NCBI GenBank assembly: GCA_049512315.1
Contig: JBEKXF010000013.1
Coordinates: 62,001 to 86,268 of the forward strand
Reading direction: 5' to 3'
Length of the DNA stretch: 24,268 nt
From: Candidatus Aminicenantales bacterium
GTDB taxonomy: Bacteria > Acidobacteriota > Aminicenantia > Aminicenantales > Saccharicenantaceae
The position numbers and the translations under genes are program-made. This document shows positions 23,469 to 24,268 of the stretch, piece by piece. The notes under the pieces were generated by a model that was given only the letters and a program-made list of their open reading frames with translations, was not told the DNA's origin and did no database searches. Positions within the stretch are counted from its first letter, which is position 1; the number at the start of each line of letters is the position of its first letter.

Positions 23469-24268
23469 ATGGGACCAGAGAACCCCCCCCCGGTTATGAA
23501 TCCACCTCTCCATATTCTCGTCGTGGACGACGAACTCAACATCCGCAAAACGCTCATGGTCTGCCTCGAGACGGAAGGCCACGTGGTCACCGCCGTCAGC
23601 AATGTCAAGGATGCCCTGGCGGAGGCCTCGAGGGAGTCCTTCGACCTGGCCTTCCTCGACCTCCGGCTGGGCACGGACGACGGCCTTGAACTCATCCCGG
23701 CCCTCCTCGCCGCGACCCCCTGGCTGAAAATCATCGTCATCACCGCCTACGCTTCCATCGATACCGCCGTCGAAGCCATGCGCCGGGGCGCCAGCGACTA
23801 CATCCCGAAACCTTTCACCCCGGCTCAGATCACGCTGGCGGTGCGCAAGGTGTTCGAGGTGCGGACTCTCGAACAGAAGGTCGCCGCCCTTCAGGAGGAC
23901 CTGGGACGGGAGCATCCGGAGATCGTTTTCTCGAGCACCAGTCCGGCGATGCAAAGGGCGGTCAACCTGGCCCGGCAGGCGGCCGCCGCGGAGGCCACGA
24001 TTCTCCTCCGCGGCGAGAGCGGGACCGGCAAGACCGTCCTGGCGAGGGCCATCCATTCCTGGAGCAGCCGGGCGGCCAAACCTTTCAGCCAGATTTCCTG
24101 CCCTTCGTTCCCCCCCGAGCTCCTGGAGAGCGAGCTCTTCGGTCATGTCAAAGGCTCCTTTACGGGAGCGGTCCGCGACAACCCCGGCCGGATCGCGGCG
24201 AGCGAAGGGGGGACGTTGCTCCTGGACGAGATCAGCGACCTGCCCCTCCCCCTCCAGCCGAAACTCCT
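23469..24268 (+). CDS. Sigma54-dependent NtrC-family response regulator, AlgB-like (partial, runs off window end)
   Basis: Manual translation from ATG 23469 (alternative start 23496): HILVVDDELNIRKTL...FDLAFLDLRLGTDDGL...PWLKIIVITAYASIDTAVEAM...DYIPKPF (receiver domain); LLRGESGTGKT (Walker A), ESELFGHVKGSFTGA, TLLLDEI (Walker B). Confidence 0.95.
   Translation, partial: MGPENPPPVMNPPLHILVVDDELNIRKTLMVCLETEGHVVTAVSNVKDALAEASRESFDLAFLDLRLGTDDGLELIPALLAATPWLKIIVITAYASIDTAVEAMRRGASDYIPKPFTPAQITLAVRKVFEVRTLEQKVAALQEDLGREHPEIVFSSTSPAMQRAVNLARQAAAAEATILLRGESGTGKTVLARAIHSWSSRAAKPFSQISCPSFPPELLESELFGHVKGSFTGAVRDNPGRIAASEGGTLLLDEISDLPLPLQPKL

Noticed and set aside
12303..23491. Other homopolymer C runs (C8 at 12303-12310, C9 at 23483-23491) as phase-variable sites
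   Set aside because: Both keep the reading frame intact and encode Pro-rich linkers; there is no evidence of disruption.
332..24146. Many long overlapping ORFs in the track (e.g. 868-2115 +, 3892-5172 +, 11506-12594 -, 13028-14134 -, 23364-24146 -)
   Set aside because: They are antisense or off-frame shadows of well-supported genes, expected in high-GC DNA, and show no motifs or SD sites.

Overview
GC-rich bacterial chromosomal window. Secreted hydrolases and outer-membrane proteins indicate a diderm; the gene content and style suggest an Aminicenantes/Acidobacteriota-like anaerobe, but that is inference only. It encodes about 19 proteins. In order: a partial serine hydrolase, GH27 alpha-galactosidase, a metallophosphoesterase fused to a probable small outer-membrane beta-barrel, an NYN/OST-HTH protein, a Tat-exported sugar isomerase, an HGSNAT/DUF5009-like membrane protein, a DUF47-PiT phosphate uptake pair, a DUF6599-like protein, a small desulforedoxin-like Cys protein not in the ORF track, an orphan lipoprotein coupled to a YncE/phosphoesterase lipoprotein, a sodium:solute symporter, an S9 peptidase-DUF3788-DUF2177-PhzF operon, a sigma54-driven porin and a partial AlgB-like sigma54 response regulator. 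No rRNA, tRNA, CRISPR array or transposase was seen. The most notable observations are: the purple-acid-phosphatase-like enzyme with a His-to-Cys ligand change and C-terminal beta-barrel; the mini metalloprotein split by a C8 tract; a MITE/REPIN-like inverted-repeat element abutting a promoter; and an 8-codon leader ORF between a sigma54 promoter and the porin.
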